From Lama guanicoe (Eukaryota): a stretch of 64,000 nucleotides of DNA. Under the pieces are notes generated by a model. That model made no database searches, was not told the origin of the DNA, and saw only the letters and a program-made list of their open reading frames with translations. Both the position numbers and the translations under genes were made by a program. The DNA lies in NCBI GenBank assembly GCA_013239625.1, contig MU054212.1, positions 9,286,898 to 9,350,897 of the forward strand, in the 5' to 3' direction. Shown here in pieces: positions 50,385 through 63,785 of this stretch (the stretch's first letter is position 1; the number at the start of each line of letters is the position of its first letter).

Positions 50385-50395
50385 CAAGATGGCGG
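50385..50395 (+). promoter_or_regulatory. YY1 motif overlapping the KIAA1328 start codon
   Basis: CAAGATGGCGG matches the YY1 consensus. Confidence 0.6.
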
Positions 50396-50446
50396 ACGTG
50401 GCGGGCCCCTCCCGCCCGGGCGCCGCGGCGTTCTGGAGCCGGGACA
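50389..50446 (+). CDS. KIAA1328: KIAA1328 (hinderin) coding exon 1
   Basis: aagATGG start. Encodes MADVAGPSRPGAAAFWSRD plus 1 nt, followed by the U12-type donor GTATCCTTT. Confidence 0.93.
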
Positions 50447-53400
50447 GTATCCTTTGCCCGCCGGGCAGGGGGCGCCGGCGCCCTCCCCCGGGCGGGGGCC
50501 GGTCGCGCGGGACTCTGCGTGGAGGGGGGGAGCTCGGTGCGGGCCCCGGGGGCGGGGCCGTCCCGTCCGGCCGCCGTCCAGGTGCCGGGCTGCCCCCTTG
50601 CTTGGGGACACGGTGGCACAGAGCCTGCACTGTCTCCAGGCTGGAGTTCCAGGCGTGGGGACCCAGCTCAGATGTTTCCCAGCCCTCCTTGGCGGTGAGC
50701 TCTGGAAAGATGGCCTAGAGGCTTGGCCCATCCTGGGGCTGGGAGGGTCCCTCTGCCCGTGGTGACCTCCGGCCGGCAGAGCCTGTGGGGAGTGGGCTTA
50801 TGGAAGCGGGGGCGGTGTTGGCTGGTCCGAGAGAGTTTTTTGTCTTGGTTTAGGGGTATCCTTGGTCAGCGTTGTTAGGAACAAGTCAGGACCTTGTCGG
50901 ACTTCGAAGGCCTGTCAGTGATTTTATTTTCGTACTGGGGTCTTCGGAGAAGTGTGCGTCTTGGTTTCACAGGGACGTGATCTGGTGGTGCTGATTACGG
51001 AGTAAGATGCCATGCAGAACATAGGGCCAGGAAGTAGCGTTGATTTGCGTGTAGATTGCGGGTCACCCCTAGCTGGACTGAAGTTCCTAGATTGTTTTGC
51101 GATGGAGAACCTGTGGTGCTTTTCCCCTTGGGGTGGTATTCCCAGTTCAGTATCTATGATGAAATGTGTGACAAAACTGGTTCTTTTCCTGGGTTAGGAA
51201 GACAGTTCCAGCCTTATCTTTGGTCCTGATAATATACTTCATTTTTGTCAGAGGAGTGTTACATGAAAGGAGGGCTTTCAGGGTAGGGCGTCTGCAGAGG
51301 CAAGTCTTTTTGCCTGTTTGCTAGGATTGGTGATGGCATTGTTGGAGGCATTGCTGTTAACTTTGGCAGAATTATTCTTTGCGCATTCTACTTAGCTCTC
51401 AGTAGAACTTACAAAATATTATCAGTTCTTCTTGTTGAGTTACTAGGATTCAAGTGTCATGCCGTGGAGAGAGGGGTATTTTTCCTTTCTTGCCACTCAG
51501 TGTTTAGTGTTAAGCACTTTCTAAACATAATTACCACTTGTGTCTGATAGGTTGGTGACAATCAAGTGAAGGTGTGTCCATTCACTGTGGATAAAATTAC
51601 ATTAGTGCACTGTGCAAACTAAATATTTTTTTCTTTACCTATCAGAAGAGTATGTGCATCGGGAGCAGCTGGGCTGACTTAGGAAGTCAGGAAATTGGGA
51701 TGAGTCTGATTTTCTCATGAAACATTGCGTCTGCAATGTTAGAATTTTGTGATGGAGGAGATATTTGAAGATTATTAGCTTATAATGTGCTTCTGTAGTG
51801 TAATCGTTTTCTTAACCACCTATGTGATTTAGATTATTATTCCCTAACTTTCTGTGTAACCAATGCTGTTGTGCTGATAAAGAATATATCAGAATGTTGT
51901 TCTGATATAGAATATGTGTGGAGTGTAGGGTGGAGAGATTGGTTAAGTTAGTAGGTATGTAAACTGAATGTAAGCTCTTAGTGTTAGCAGCTCTGTACTT
52001 TCATGTATTCATGTAGTCTTATTACTCCCTATTTCACATAGCAGTCATATAGCCTCCCTTTTCTTTTACATTCTCCCTTACTCTAAAAATTAATGTAGAA
52101 TACTCATCTTCCCATTGAAAGTGAGGAGTTTAAATTATATTGGGAAAAATGGTAGTGATTATATTCTGTAGGCATTCAGATATTTGAAAGGAATTGGAAG
52201 GTTATCAGTATCACCTGTTTCCCCTGCCTATTCCACATAATGGCCAAGTAATATACAGCCTCAGATATTTTCATTGTAAATCTCTGTAGCGTATAAAAAC
52301 AATGTCAAATATAAATTTGTTACTGAATCTTTGCTAAAAAGTATAAGGATAATTATGAGTCAGTTGGTTTAGTGTCTTTGATCTCTTTTCCTCTCACACT
52401 GATGACTTCCTAGACCACCCCAAAGCCTTGATAGTTAGTACTTTCAATAGAAAAGACCAAAAAGTAAATCCTATAATCTGGTATTCTTTTCACACTATTG
52501 AAAGATTTTCAGTGCTTTGCCTAAACAGTTAGAGAAATGTAATCAAGACATTTCCCAGTCCTAGATGTTTCCATCAAGTGAGAACAGATCATCTATGACT
52601 GAATGTCACCTTCTTCATATGGTTGTTCTTATGAGTTCTGCATCTCCTGCACAGTATGAGTCAGCAGTACTGTTTTGCACAAGGTGTGTCTTTATATCCA
52701 ATGTGTAGACAATGAATATACCATGTTGTCATTTTAAGGCCTAAATCTGCAAATAAAATATGCCCCTTAGGTCATAGACTGCTTTCCTCCTTCATTATAG
52801 GTCTTGGTAATATCAGAAGAAGTTAGTGTTTCTGTAGTATCTAAATTTGATTGCTTCAAATGCACTCAAGTGTATTATCATTAACAGTATGGTTAACTTG
52901 ATATTAACAAATATGAACTATAAAGGACCTGGTCAAAACATTGCAGCAGCTGTAATCTCTGCCATCCTGAGTTTTCAATTAAAAATAGAGACTTTACATT
53001 GATGTTAATATACTACCCAGGAATATCATCGTGGTCAGTAGTACTACACATGTTGCTGGTAGGTGATTCAAACTCATAAGGGTAGGGCAGAATGGGCAGT
53101 ATTAAATGTATTTTCTTCAGCTCCTGGTGATCTAGGATGGGTACACTTCTTCCTCTCTACCACTCTGCCTTGGGTTTCTAATTCCTACTATAATTCTGGG
53201 GATTTGGATAGATTGGTACCAGCATTAAATGTGCTTTATAACTTGCTGTACATGTCTTTTTGAGGCACTTCCAAATGAATTAAGATGGCACACACAGCCC
53301 AGTAAGAGGTTTAATATACATTTGCTGTATATTGTGTCTCTTTGACTTTCCCATAAAATATACGTTTGTTGGGAATCTTTGTATTTGAAGAAGGTAAATA

Positions 53401-56225
53401 TTTGGATTCCTAAAATAATGAGATGAAGATAGATTACAGATGATTATATAGGATAGGTTGGATGGAGGCAATTTCAAATATTCTTGTTCTTATTTTTAAA
53501 AACTTTTGTTCAGGTCACAGTTATTTAGCATTTTTATATTTGAGAAGGAATTTAGCATAGATGTAGCTAATGGGTTTTGCATGTGTATTTTGACAATAAG
53601 AGAAAGACAGTGAGAGAAAGAAAACACTGAGTTGTTAGACAGTGCCTCATAGGATTAGGTAAATACCAATTTCAATTGTCTGTAGATGGTTTACTATGAG
53701 CCAGGCATTCTTTGGCCTTAGGAGACACAACATTGATCAAAACAATGCAAATCTTCACCTGCTTGGTGCTTACATTTTAGTGAAATGAGATGAGTTTATG
53801 AATAAGTAAAATATGTTGTCTGTCCAATGATTGTAGGTGCTGTGGAGAAAAATAAAGCAGGAAAAGTGTAGCTCTCATGGGTTTTTGTGCCAATACTATT
53901 CTGTTTTGATTACTGTAGCTTTGTAATATAGTTTGAAATCAGAACGTGTAAAACTTCCAAGTTTGTTCTTCTTTCTCAAGATTACTTTGTCCAACTGGGG
54001 TCTTCTGTGGCTCCATACAAGTTTTAGGATTGTTTGTTCTATTTCTATGGAAAATGGCATTGGAATTTTGATAGGGATTGCATTGAACCTGTAGGTTGCT
54101 TTATGGACATTTTAACAATATTCTTTCAGTTCGTGAGTGTGGACTATCTTTCTATTTGTATCTTCTTCAGTTTCTTTCATCAGTGTCATATTTTTCAGTG
54201 TGTAGGCCTTTCACCTCCTTGGTTAAATGTATTCCTAGATATTTTGCTCTTTTTTGATGCAACTGTAAATTGGATTGGTTTCCTAATTTGTCTTTGTAGT
54301 TGGTGGTTCTTGTATAGAAATGCAATAGATTTTTGTATATTGATTTTGTATCCTGCAACTTTACTGGATTTTTTTCTACTAGTTCTAACAGTTTTTTGGT
54401 GGTGTCTTTAGGGTTTTTTATATGTAATATCATGTCATCTGCAAGTAGAAGCTTGTGGAAGGCTTCTACAGTTTGTTTTTCTTAAAGAAATAGGAAGCAA
54501 AGTTATTAGGTTAGAGTAAGGATGGAGGGAAGTGGTATCAGATTTGAGAAGAGAGGAGAAAATATAAAATACTTGATAAGCTTCCAAATCAAGATGTAGC
54601 TGAGTGGGGTCCTCAGTGACATCCAGCTGTGAGCAGGCTCCTTTGTGAACGTTCTAGGGAAGTGTATATGTTTTCCAGGACTCAGTAACGTTAGCCTTTC
54701 CATAGGTCATCCTTGGAGATGGAAAATATTCTGCACATTCATCACTACTGCATACTCCAGTTGAAGACACCGCCACGTGGAGCATATCCTGAGTCATCTT
54801 GAAGTTTTTCCCCCGGGTGCTTTTTCCCATGTGTGCATTTCCGACAGCAAATAATTAAACATTTATTGAATACCTGCAGTGTATGCAGTCCCAAGGGATA
54901 TAAAAAATTAATCTGCTGTTAAAGAGCCTGCACAATTTCATTTTCTAAGGCTTTTTTTTTTTTCTTAGATTGGGAGTCAGTGAATTTAGAAATTCTCTCT
55001 TTGCTCCAGTGTTAAGTTGCTATCAGTTTCCTTCCTAGTGGGGTCTAGTTTTTTTGTTTCTTTGCTTGTCTTATGTGCCTCTTAAAAATTTCTAAGCTCC
55101 ATCCGTGCTGTCTGAGGGAATTTAAAGTTTTTAAAGATACCAGTTTTCAGCCAAAATCTTGAAGCTGTGATAGCACATGTACTCCTGCAGAGAGCTGTTA
55201 GAAGCTACCTGGTGGCTCAGATAGCACCACCTTTGTGTTCCTAAATTCCTTCAGGGATTCTAGGCATTTCCATTCAGTATTCCTTGAAAAGCTTCTATTA
55301 CTAAGATTGATCCTGGACTTAAAATGTATTGACTTTTTGAATATGGTATAACTCCACTATTTTACTCCTTTTTTTTCCGGAAGGAAATAGTTAATATTAG
55401 ATTTGTCTACAGATCTTGGAAAAGAAAATGTTTTATAAAGTAACAAAAAACTTTGGTATTTTCTAGATCATTTGGAAAAAATTGTTTAGACACTTCCTTC
55501 CTGGAAGTGTAATAGAAGGCTATCAAATTGTGGACAATTCTGGATTTAGATTTAGTTCTGAATAATATTTTGTTTCTGGAAAGTAAACTGTCTTATTATA
55601 TTGTTTCTCTTTCTATAGCAGTGTAATGATCTTAGCCTTTCTAAATTTCTCCTTTTGAAATTTGAAATAATTCTTTTTGTCTTAAATATCTTCCACTTGT
55701 TAAAGAGTAGGGCTTCTTGGAACATTTCATGAATGTGCTGCAGGAGAATAAAAAATGTTTTTGTGTTCACATGATTGACTTGCCCTCAGAGTGCTTGTTC
55801 TTCAAAGCTAATGCTTATTTTGAAATTACTTACTTATGCCTAAAATAACTTGTCAGGTCTCTAATAATGAGCAAAAAGGAGCACTTAACTCCTTGTTTAC
55901 AAAAAGAAAGAAAATGAATCTAACTGTAGAATTTATATTGTTGGATATCTTACTTGGGAATAAGCATGGGTAAAGTTTTATGGAACTAGACCTCCCAAAA
56001 TTTTTATGAAACAGATAGTTGTGAATATATAAAGATGAGCTTTAAAAGATGATTAATTTTGCTACATTTATTTTAATTATGTTGCCTTCTGGTTTTTTTT
56101 TTTTGAAAGATAGTTATAAATTTCCAGGTCAAAAGAAATTACAAATTATAATAGAAATACAGAGCAGCAGCATTTGGATATTGGTTACTCTTTCCCAGCA
56201 TTTTCCTTCATGCCTTCCTTCACAG
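50447..56225 (+). other. KIAA1328: U12-type (minor spliceosome) GT-AG intron, KIAA1328 intron 1
   Basis: 5' splice site GTATCCTTT. Branch-site-like TTTTCCTTCAT at 56201-56211, about 15 nt before the terminal CAG. Confidence 0.88.
53875..54445 (-). mobile_element. L1 ORF2 fragment
   Basis: Encodes ADDMILHIKNPKDTTKKLLEL...KYLGIHLTKEVKGL on the - strand. Confidence 0.9.
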
Positions 56226-56261
56226 TTTCTGATGAAGAGCAATCAGTAGTGTATGTTCCAG
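56226..56261 (+). CDS. KIAA1328: KIAA1328 exon 2 (36 nt)
   Basis: ttcacag| ... ccag|gtatga. Encodes (I)SDEEQSVVYVP. Confidence 0.93.
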
Positions 56262-56943
56262 GTATGATTTTCTGTGTTAATTTGGTAGGTTTCCTTTGCT
56301 GCTTAAGAGATAGGAGAAAATAAAACATTTGGACAACTTTGTAAGCATAAATAAATTCAGAACAGTTCATCGTAACCTAACTTATTTTAATATTTGGTAT
56401 GACCCTACTAAGGTTTGAAATATTGCCTCAAAGTCTGGCTGGGCAAGTCAGCTTTTGATGAATCTATAGACTACTTCATTCACATATTAAAAAGCAAGGG
56501 ATGCTTCTCTTATTTTTCATATTACAAATAAAAGTCTAAATTTTATCTTTCAAAGATAAATGTGAAAACTTGTTATAGGGTTTATGTAGTAGACTTTAAA
56601 GTTTACTGGTTGTTACAAGATGAGTAGTAAAACTAAACCGTTGGAGACATCCTAATTATGTGAAAAATCAGATTTTTAATTTCCAGTAAGTTAAGGTATG
56701 TATGGCATGTTGTAGCTGATTGGTTTTAATATAACTTACAAATATTCACATCCCCTTTTAAAAATATTTCAGTTGAATCTTTAGTCAAAAAATAATCTTT
56801 TCGCAGTTCGTTATTTATTACAAGAGCTTTAAAATAAAGCTTATAGAGTAAGAATTTTCCCCGTCAAGTCCCATAATGTAGAATATGTCAAGGAAGAGGC
56901 TGGTGGAGGTAAGGTTTAAGAGAATGAAAAGATAAAATTTTGA

Positions 56944-57168
<225 letters not shown>

Positions 57169-57729
57169 TGACCAATAAGTTATTTTTCTGACACTAACTG
57201 ATAGATAAAGGTATAAGAGCCCTTGAACATTAGTTGATCTACAAGCATTTTTAAAAGATACAAAGAAGACGCTTTGTTTAGTATGAGTATGGAGTGTGTA
57301 TATTACTCAAAGGTTTTGTTCCAAAATGTCTAGGCTTGCTTTCAGCGTTAGTTAAAAAACATTTATTGTCTTATTATGTCTCAAAAAGATTTACATCCTA
57401 ATCTGTGTGGAGTTAATAAGTCATACTAATAATTTTTTCTTTTATTAGGCACCTTTTATGACTTTTGTTCATCTGAATTTGTTAATTGATGATGAATAAA
57501 CCTTTGTATACAAGGAAACTGCTTTATTAAAACAAAATTAGCCTGCATTATTATTATTATTTCCTTCACTTGGCAAATAATACCATAAAGACTCTTTATA
57601 GCTCGGTCATCGGTTTGTCCCTTGTCTTTGCCTCTGAAATGGTGTCTGTGCATTCCTTTGGCACATGCCCTATCTAATTGGTTTATTTTACTTTTTATTA
57701 TATTTTGTTTCCCCAACCAGAGTTTAAAT

Positions 57730-57937
57730 CAGGGTTTGGCAGTCTATGACCTCTAGGTCAAACCCTCTTCTGCCTGTTTTGTAAATGAAGTGTTATTAGA
57801 AAACAGCCATGCTCATTCTTTTAGTATCTTTGTTGCTGCTTTTGTATTACAATGGTAGAGTCACTATAAAGACATGTGCCCACAAAGTCAAAATCATTTA
57901 CTATCGACCCCTTAAAAAAATTTTTTTTAAATCCTTG
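57730..57937. mobile_element. MER58A-like MITE
   Basis: Contains tgcctgttttgtaaatgaagtgttattagaaaacagccatgctcattc. Confidence 0.65.
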
Positions 57938-57989
57938 GTTGATGTTCTTGAGTTTATGATATTTCCAATATCTGGTTTGTTTCTAATTA

Positions 57990-58355
57990 CAGTTGACTCT
58001 TGAACAACAGTGGACATTAAGGGGCATTCATTGATTTCTGTGCAGTTGAAAATCTGCATAATCTTCTGACTCCCCAAAACTTTAATAACAGCCTGCTGTT
58101 GAATGAAAGCCTTACTAGTAACATAAATAATCACTTAACATGTATTTTGAATGTTCTATGTATATCTACATATTTTATGCATTTATGATACACCTTTTCC
58201 TTAATTTTTTTGGCATTTCTAGGCTATGTTGTCCATCTGCGAGCTTTTTCAGATTGTTGTAAATCTCCAAAAAGTTTTCCAATATATTTGTTGAAAAAAA
58301 TCTGCTTGTAAGTGGACCTGCACGGTTCAAACCCATATTGTTCAAGGGTCAACTG
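57990..58355. mobile_element. Tigger2/MER8/MER28-like TcMar element
   Basis: TIRs cagttgactcttgaacaa ... ttgttcaagggtcaactg, with TA on the left flank. Confidence 0.85.
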
Positions 58356-58579
58356 TGTTATGTTTAGTTGTCTACAGGATTTAACTGTGATTAGCTCAAA
58401 AGTCCTGTTTGTGTTACTTACATCCCCAGTGTATCCACTTCATAGTAGGATCCGAATAGTTGAATTTGCAGGTTCTTTTCAAAAATTGAAAGTACTTTTT
58501 CATATAATTGTTTGTGTGTTTAATAGTGAACAGAAGCTGTTCCTCATTCGTGTCAGCTCCTGGCAACCACAAATCTGCT

Positions 58580-60430
58580 TTTAGTCTCTATATGTCTTTT
58601 CTGGACATTTCACATAAATGGAATCATCTAATGTGTGACCTGTTGTGACTGGCTTCTTTCACTTAGCATAGTGATTTCAAGGTTCGTCTGTGTTGTAGGT
58701 CATTCCTTCCTTCCTTTTTATGGCTGAATACATACTAGCCGAAGGACATTTGGGTTGTTATACTTTTTGGCTAGGATGAATGATGTTGCTATGAACATTC
58801 GTATACAAGTTTTTGTGTGGATGTACGTTTGCAGTTTTCTTGGGTATACACGTAGAAGTACAATTACTGGGTCACGTAGTAATTCTGTATTTAACCTTTT
58901 GATGAATTGCCGCAATGGCTGTACCACTTCCCATTCCATCAGGAATGTATAAGTATTCCAGATTTTCCACATTCTCATCAACACTTTATATCCTTTTTTT
59001 TTAATTTATAATTGTCCTAGTGAGTATGAAGTGGTATCTTGTTGTGGTTTTGATTTGTATTTTCCTAATGGCCAGTAATGGTCATCTTTTTATGTGCTTC
59101 TTGGCCATTTGTATATGTTCTTTAGAGAAATGTCTATTCAGATCCTTTTCAATTGGGTTATTTGTTTTCTTATTGATGAGTTGTAAGAGTTCTTTATAAA
59201 TTCCACCTCCAAGTCTGTTGTCAGATACATGATTTGCAAATGTTTTCTCCCATTCTGTGCATTGTCTTTTTGGTTTCTTATTGGTGTCCTTTTGAAGCAT
59301 GAAAGTTTTTAATTTTGATGAGGTCCAACTTATCAATGTTTTTCTTTTGTTGCCTGGGCTTTGTTGTCATATCTAAGAAATCACTGCCTAGGTCCCAAAG
59401 CTTTATACCAACATCTAAGAGTTTTATAACTTTAGATATTACCTTTAGGCTTTGGTCCATTTTGATTTAATTTCTGTATATAGTGTGGTCATGACTCAAC
59501 TTCATTCTTTCTTTCGCATATGGCTTTCCACTTGTCCCAGCATCGTTTATTGCAAAGACTATTCTTTCTTACTTGATTGTCTTGACACCCTTGTTGAAAT
59601 GTGTTAAATAAATGTAAGCATTTATTTCTGGAATCTCAATTCTGTTCTATTGATCTGTATTTCTATTTTAATATTAATACCACACTGTTTTAATTATAGA
59701 TTTGTAGTATGTCTTGGAATCAGGAAGTATAAGTTCTCCAAGTTTGTTTTCTTTTTCAAGATTGTTTTGGCTATTCTGGATCTTTTGGTTTTGCATAGAA
59801 ACTATGGAATCAGCTTGTCAATTTCGGCACAAAAGTCAGGTTGAATTTTGATAGCAATTGTGTTGAATCTTTAAAAAATACACAGTTTTTAAAGGTTACT
59901 TTCCATTTACAGTTATTACAAAATATTGGCTGTATTTCCCATTTTGTACAATACATCCTTGAGCCTATCTTACAGCCAGTAGTTAGTATTTCTCGCTCCT
60001 TCTATAGTGTTGAGTCTTCAGATCAATTTGGAGAATACTCTCAATTTAATATTAAGTCTTCCAGTCCTTGAATATGGTGTGTGAAATGTCTTTCTGTTTA
60101 TTTACATATCCTTTCATTTCTTTCAGCAATATTTTGTAGTTTTCGGTGTATATACCTTATATTCCTTTTGTTAAGTTTATTTCTAAGTATTAAGTATTTT
60201 ATACTTTTTGATGCTACTATTAATGGAATAGTTTTCTTAATTTCATTTTTGAATTTTTCACTGCTAGCATATGGAAACATAATTGATTTTGTGTCCTGTA
60301 ACCTTTCTTAATTTATTTATTAGTTTTAATCTAGTAGTTTTGGGTAAATTCCTTATAATTTTCTAAAGATAAGGTCATGCCATCTGTGAATAGAGATAGC
60401 TTTACATCTCCCTTTTCAGTTTTTTTCCTT
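58580..60430 (-). mobile_element. L1 (L1MB-like) ORF2 3' part and 3' UTR
   Basis: Encodes fragments such as [44 protein letters not shown] and NEIKKTIPLIVASK on the - strand. Confidence 0.88.
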
Positions 60431-60459
60431 TTATTTCAGTTTGTCTTTTAAAGAGATTT

Positions 60460-61230
60460 AAAAATGCAACAAAAGACTTTCAGATTTAGCCACAGAGTTA
60501 CCATTTCTGGTGTTTCCCATTTGATATCATTGATATTTTCTATTGCTTGAAGGACTTCCTTTAACATTGTAGTACAGGTATGTTGGGAATGATTTTTTTT
60601 CTTTGATTTTTGTATGCCTGAAAAAGTCTTTATTTCATTTTCACTTCTGAAAGATTTTTTTATTAGTTATAAAATTCTGAGCTGTTAGTTTTTTTCTGTC
60701 AGGGCTTTAATGACTGCTGTGCTGTTGCCTCACCTGTGATGTTTTTGGGAAGTCTGTTGTCATCCTTATTTTTATTCCCCTGTATTTAGTATGTGTGAGG
60801 TTTAACTCTAGCTACTTTTAAGATTCTCTTTTTATCACTAGTGTTTAGCAGTTTGATTATATTATGCTTTGGACTAGTTTTCCAAATTTCCTTTGGGTTG
60901 GAGTTTGTTAAGCATTTTGGATCTGTGGGTTTCTGGTTTTCATTAAATTGGGAAATTTTTGAGCCATGATGTCTTCAGATAATTTATGTCTCCCTCTCTC
61001 TCCTCTCTTTGGAGGATTCCAATTATACACATATTAGGCCACTTGAAGTTATACCACAGCTCTCTGATCCTCTATTTTTTTTTCAGTTTTTTGCGTTGTT
61101 TTGTGCTTGTCTGTGGATAGTTTGTATTGCTGTGTTTGAAAATTATCTTCTGCATTCATCTTTTGCTACTAATCTTATCCAGTGTATTTTTCGTGTAAGA
61201 CACTGTAGTTTTTATCTCTAGAAATTCAGT
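60460..61230 (-). mobile_element. ancient L1M remnant
   Basis: Contains gaaggacttcctttaacatt and ctgaaaaagtctttatttc motifs. Confidence 0.55.
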
Positions 61231-61724
61231 TGAGGTCTTTTGCCTGTCTGGTTAACGGGGACCCCCAGAGCAAAATATTGTTCTTTTAGGATGCCATGTC
61301 AAGCAGAAATGGCCCAGTTCCCATATCTCTGCTGTTGCCAGTCATTGGCCTTGGCATAAACAGTGCATTGGATCCTGAAGGTGTGGCAGTGGCTGGGTGA
61401 GGCTGTTAGCCAACTACACTCTTTGCAGCAGGTTCTCTCTCTCTTTTCGAAACCACATTGTCTTGCTTTTCACAATTAAACCCATTATTCATCAGAAATT
61501 AATATGTGTTTGGTCTAAAGCCAGGGTCATGGTTCCTTTTCCGTGCTGATAGTCCTGTTGGCCCAGTACCATCTACTGAGAAGACTGCTCTTTCCCCCAC
61601 TGAACTGCGGTGCTGCTCTTGTAAATCGGATGACTGTGCAGCCGTGTCCTTCCCTTACTATTTCATCTTCTTTGGTAATCTCTATCCTGAATGTTGTGTT
61701 TATCATTCTTTTGTTTTTCTGTAT

Positions 61725-61946
61725 CAGGGGCTGACAAGCCTTTTTCTGTTAAGGGCCAGAGAGTAAATATTTAGCCTTTGTGAGACACATGGTCTCTGTC
61801 TCAGTTACTCAACTCTACTACTAATGGTGTGGAACAAGCCATGTGTATGTCAGTGTGTAAATGAATGTGCATGGCTATGTTTTAATAAACTTTTTTTTTC
61901 AAACAAAACCAGGCTTTGGGCCAGATTTGGCTGGCCGCCCCATCCT
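61725..61946. mobile_element. MER58A-like MITE
   Basis: Contains caggggctgacaagcctttttctgttaagggccagagagtaaatatttag...tactcaactct. Confidence 0.7.
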
Positions 61947-63569
61947 ATATAGTCTAAACATGTATTTATTTTTTAAACAATATTTTGTTTTATATATTTT
62001 GAACTTTATATAAATGACCTCATATTGTGTAATTTGCTTTTTTGTTCAACATTATATTCACAGGATTAATTTATGTTGCACATAGTTATATTTCATTTCT
62101 TTTCACTGATATTTCAGTCAGGGTTTAGTTAGTTGTTTTACCTGAGACTGTTCAGTGTAACGACTTGTTAAATTGCTGCTAGAGAACTGGAAAGCAAAAA
62201 GGCACACTGAGTTCTCTTGTAGATAATAACTGCAAGAAAAAAACCACCATCCTCGGGCTGGGAAAACAGACAGAACAAGTTGGAATTATTAAAACCTAGA
62301 AGCTTGGAAGAGGAGCCGCTTAGAGCTGGAACTTGGACCTCTGATGGGGAGTCAGCCTGACTGGCCCTGCTCTCCCTGATGGAGACAATCTAAAGGCTGG
62401 TTCTGCCAGGGCTGGAAAAATTACAAACTGGAATCAGCCGTTCTTGCCAGGGTGAAGATCTCTGACAGGAGTGACTCAGACAGAAACAGGAAGCAAGTAG
62501 GACAGAGTCTGTCCTTTCTTCCTCTAAAAATCTCTAGTTCTTCCTGTTGGCAGAGTTTAACAGAGAACCATGAAGGAGAAGAGAGGTTTCCAGAACCTCA
62601 GCCTCAGCATCACAGAGCAGAGCCTGGAAGGGTGGGATTGAAGAAGAATGTCTGTAGGTAACAACCAGTAGCTGCAGAGTTCCACTGTATAAATACACCA
62701 CAGTTCAACTGCTCTCTGATTGACAAACATTTGTGTTCTCAGGTTTTTGCCTAAACACAATGCTGCTGAAATTCTTGCCTATGTGCAAGGGTTTCTCTTG
62801 TTCATTCACTACACCACTACTAAAATTTCTTTTAACAGGTTTTCAGCAACTTTAACCATTGTCAAATCTAGTGACTTCTTTTTATATTCTGTTTAACTTT
62901 TTTGGTCATTAGCACTATTTACCCCACATTCTTCTTAAAACTTTTTTCTCCCACAATGTTGTATTCTTCTGATTCTTCTCTTGTCTTTTCAAATACCAAT
63001 TTTAATTTATTTGCTTGGATTAGTAGATGATTTTTAAAAACTAATATTTTTTAACTTTAAAGAAAACTTTAAAACATAGAAAAGTCTAAAGAAAATAAAA
63101 ATCTTAACATCAACAATAACATTTTTAATCTTCGTGTTTTTCTCTGACTTGAGAGTCAGACCCACATTTCTACCTTCTTACCTAAACACTTCTATGTGAG
63201 TGTCCTCCTGGCATCTTAAATTAACCATACCTAAAATCTACAATCAAATCCATTTAATTTTTTTTTTACCATCTCCTTTTGTCCATCTCCTTTTTCTCCC
63301 CTGTCTTTTCCATCTTTGGCTATCAGTAATTCCAGGATTCACTTTAGGGGTCTTGGATTATTCCTAGCTACCTGAAGTAGTTGGACTAACCTACTTTGTG
63401 GTTACACAAATGCCAAGGTTGTTGTTTTTTTTTCTTTTTTTAAGAGAAACATGTTTTCCCTTTTACATGTTATCTCCAGTTCCCTTGTGAATCCCTGGGC
63501 TTCATGGTCTTTACCCCTCTTAATGATATTTAAGTACTGGGAGAACCTTTTATAGCACAAAAGATAGGA

Positions 63570-63785
63570 TAGTACAGTAGGTAAGAATACAGACTTTGGA
63601 ACCAATGCTCGAGTCTTGATTCTGCTACTTAGTTGTTACAATTCTAGGCAAGATATGTACCCTCACTGTAGAATAGGAATAATGCCTACCTCATAGCATT
63701 GCTGTGAAAACAAAATGGATTAATAAGTATAAAATTCTTAGGATAGCCCTAATAACGCTAGATATAATGTTAGCCATTATTATTA
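63570..63785 (+). mobile_element. MIR SINE remnant
   Basis: Contains agactttggaacca..ctgtagaataggaataatgcctacctcatagc..gttagccattattatt. Confidence 0.65.

Larger units (their letters stand above)
49790..50620. promoter_or_regulatory. CpG island, bidirectional promoter of TPGS2 and KIAA1328
   Basis: Very GC- and CpG-rich. Divergent ATGs at 49983 (-) and 50389 (+). Multiple GGGGCGGG boxes and CCAAT at 50316-50320. Confidence 0.92.

Noticed and set aside
49849..50765. Many long overlapping ORFs (up to 256 aa) at the CpG island
   Set aside because: High GC content depletes stop codons. Only the TPGS2 and KIAA1328 first exons have splice and homology support.
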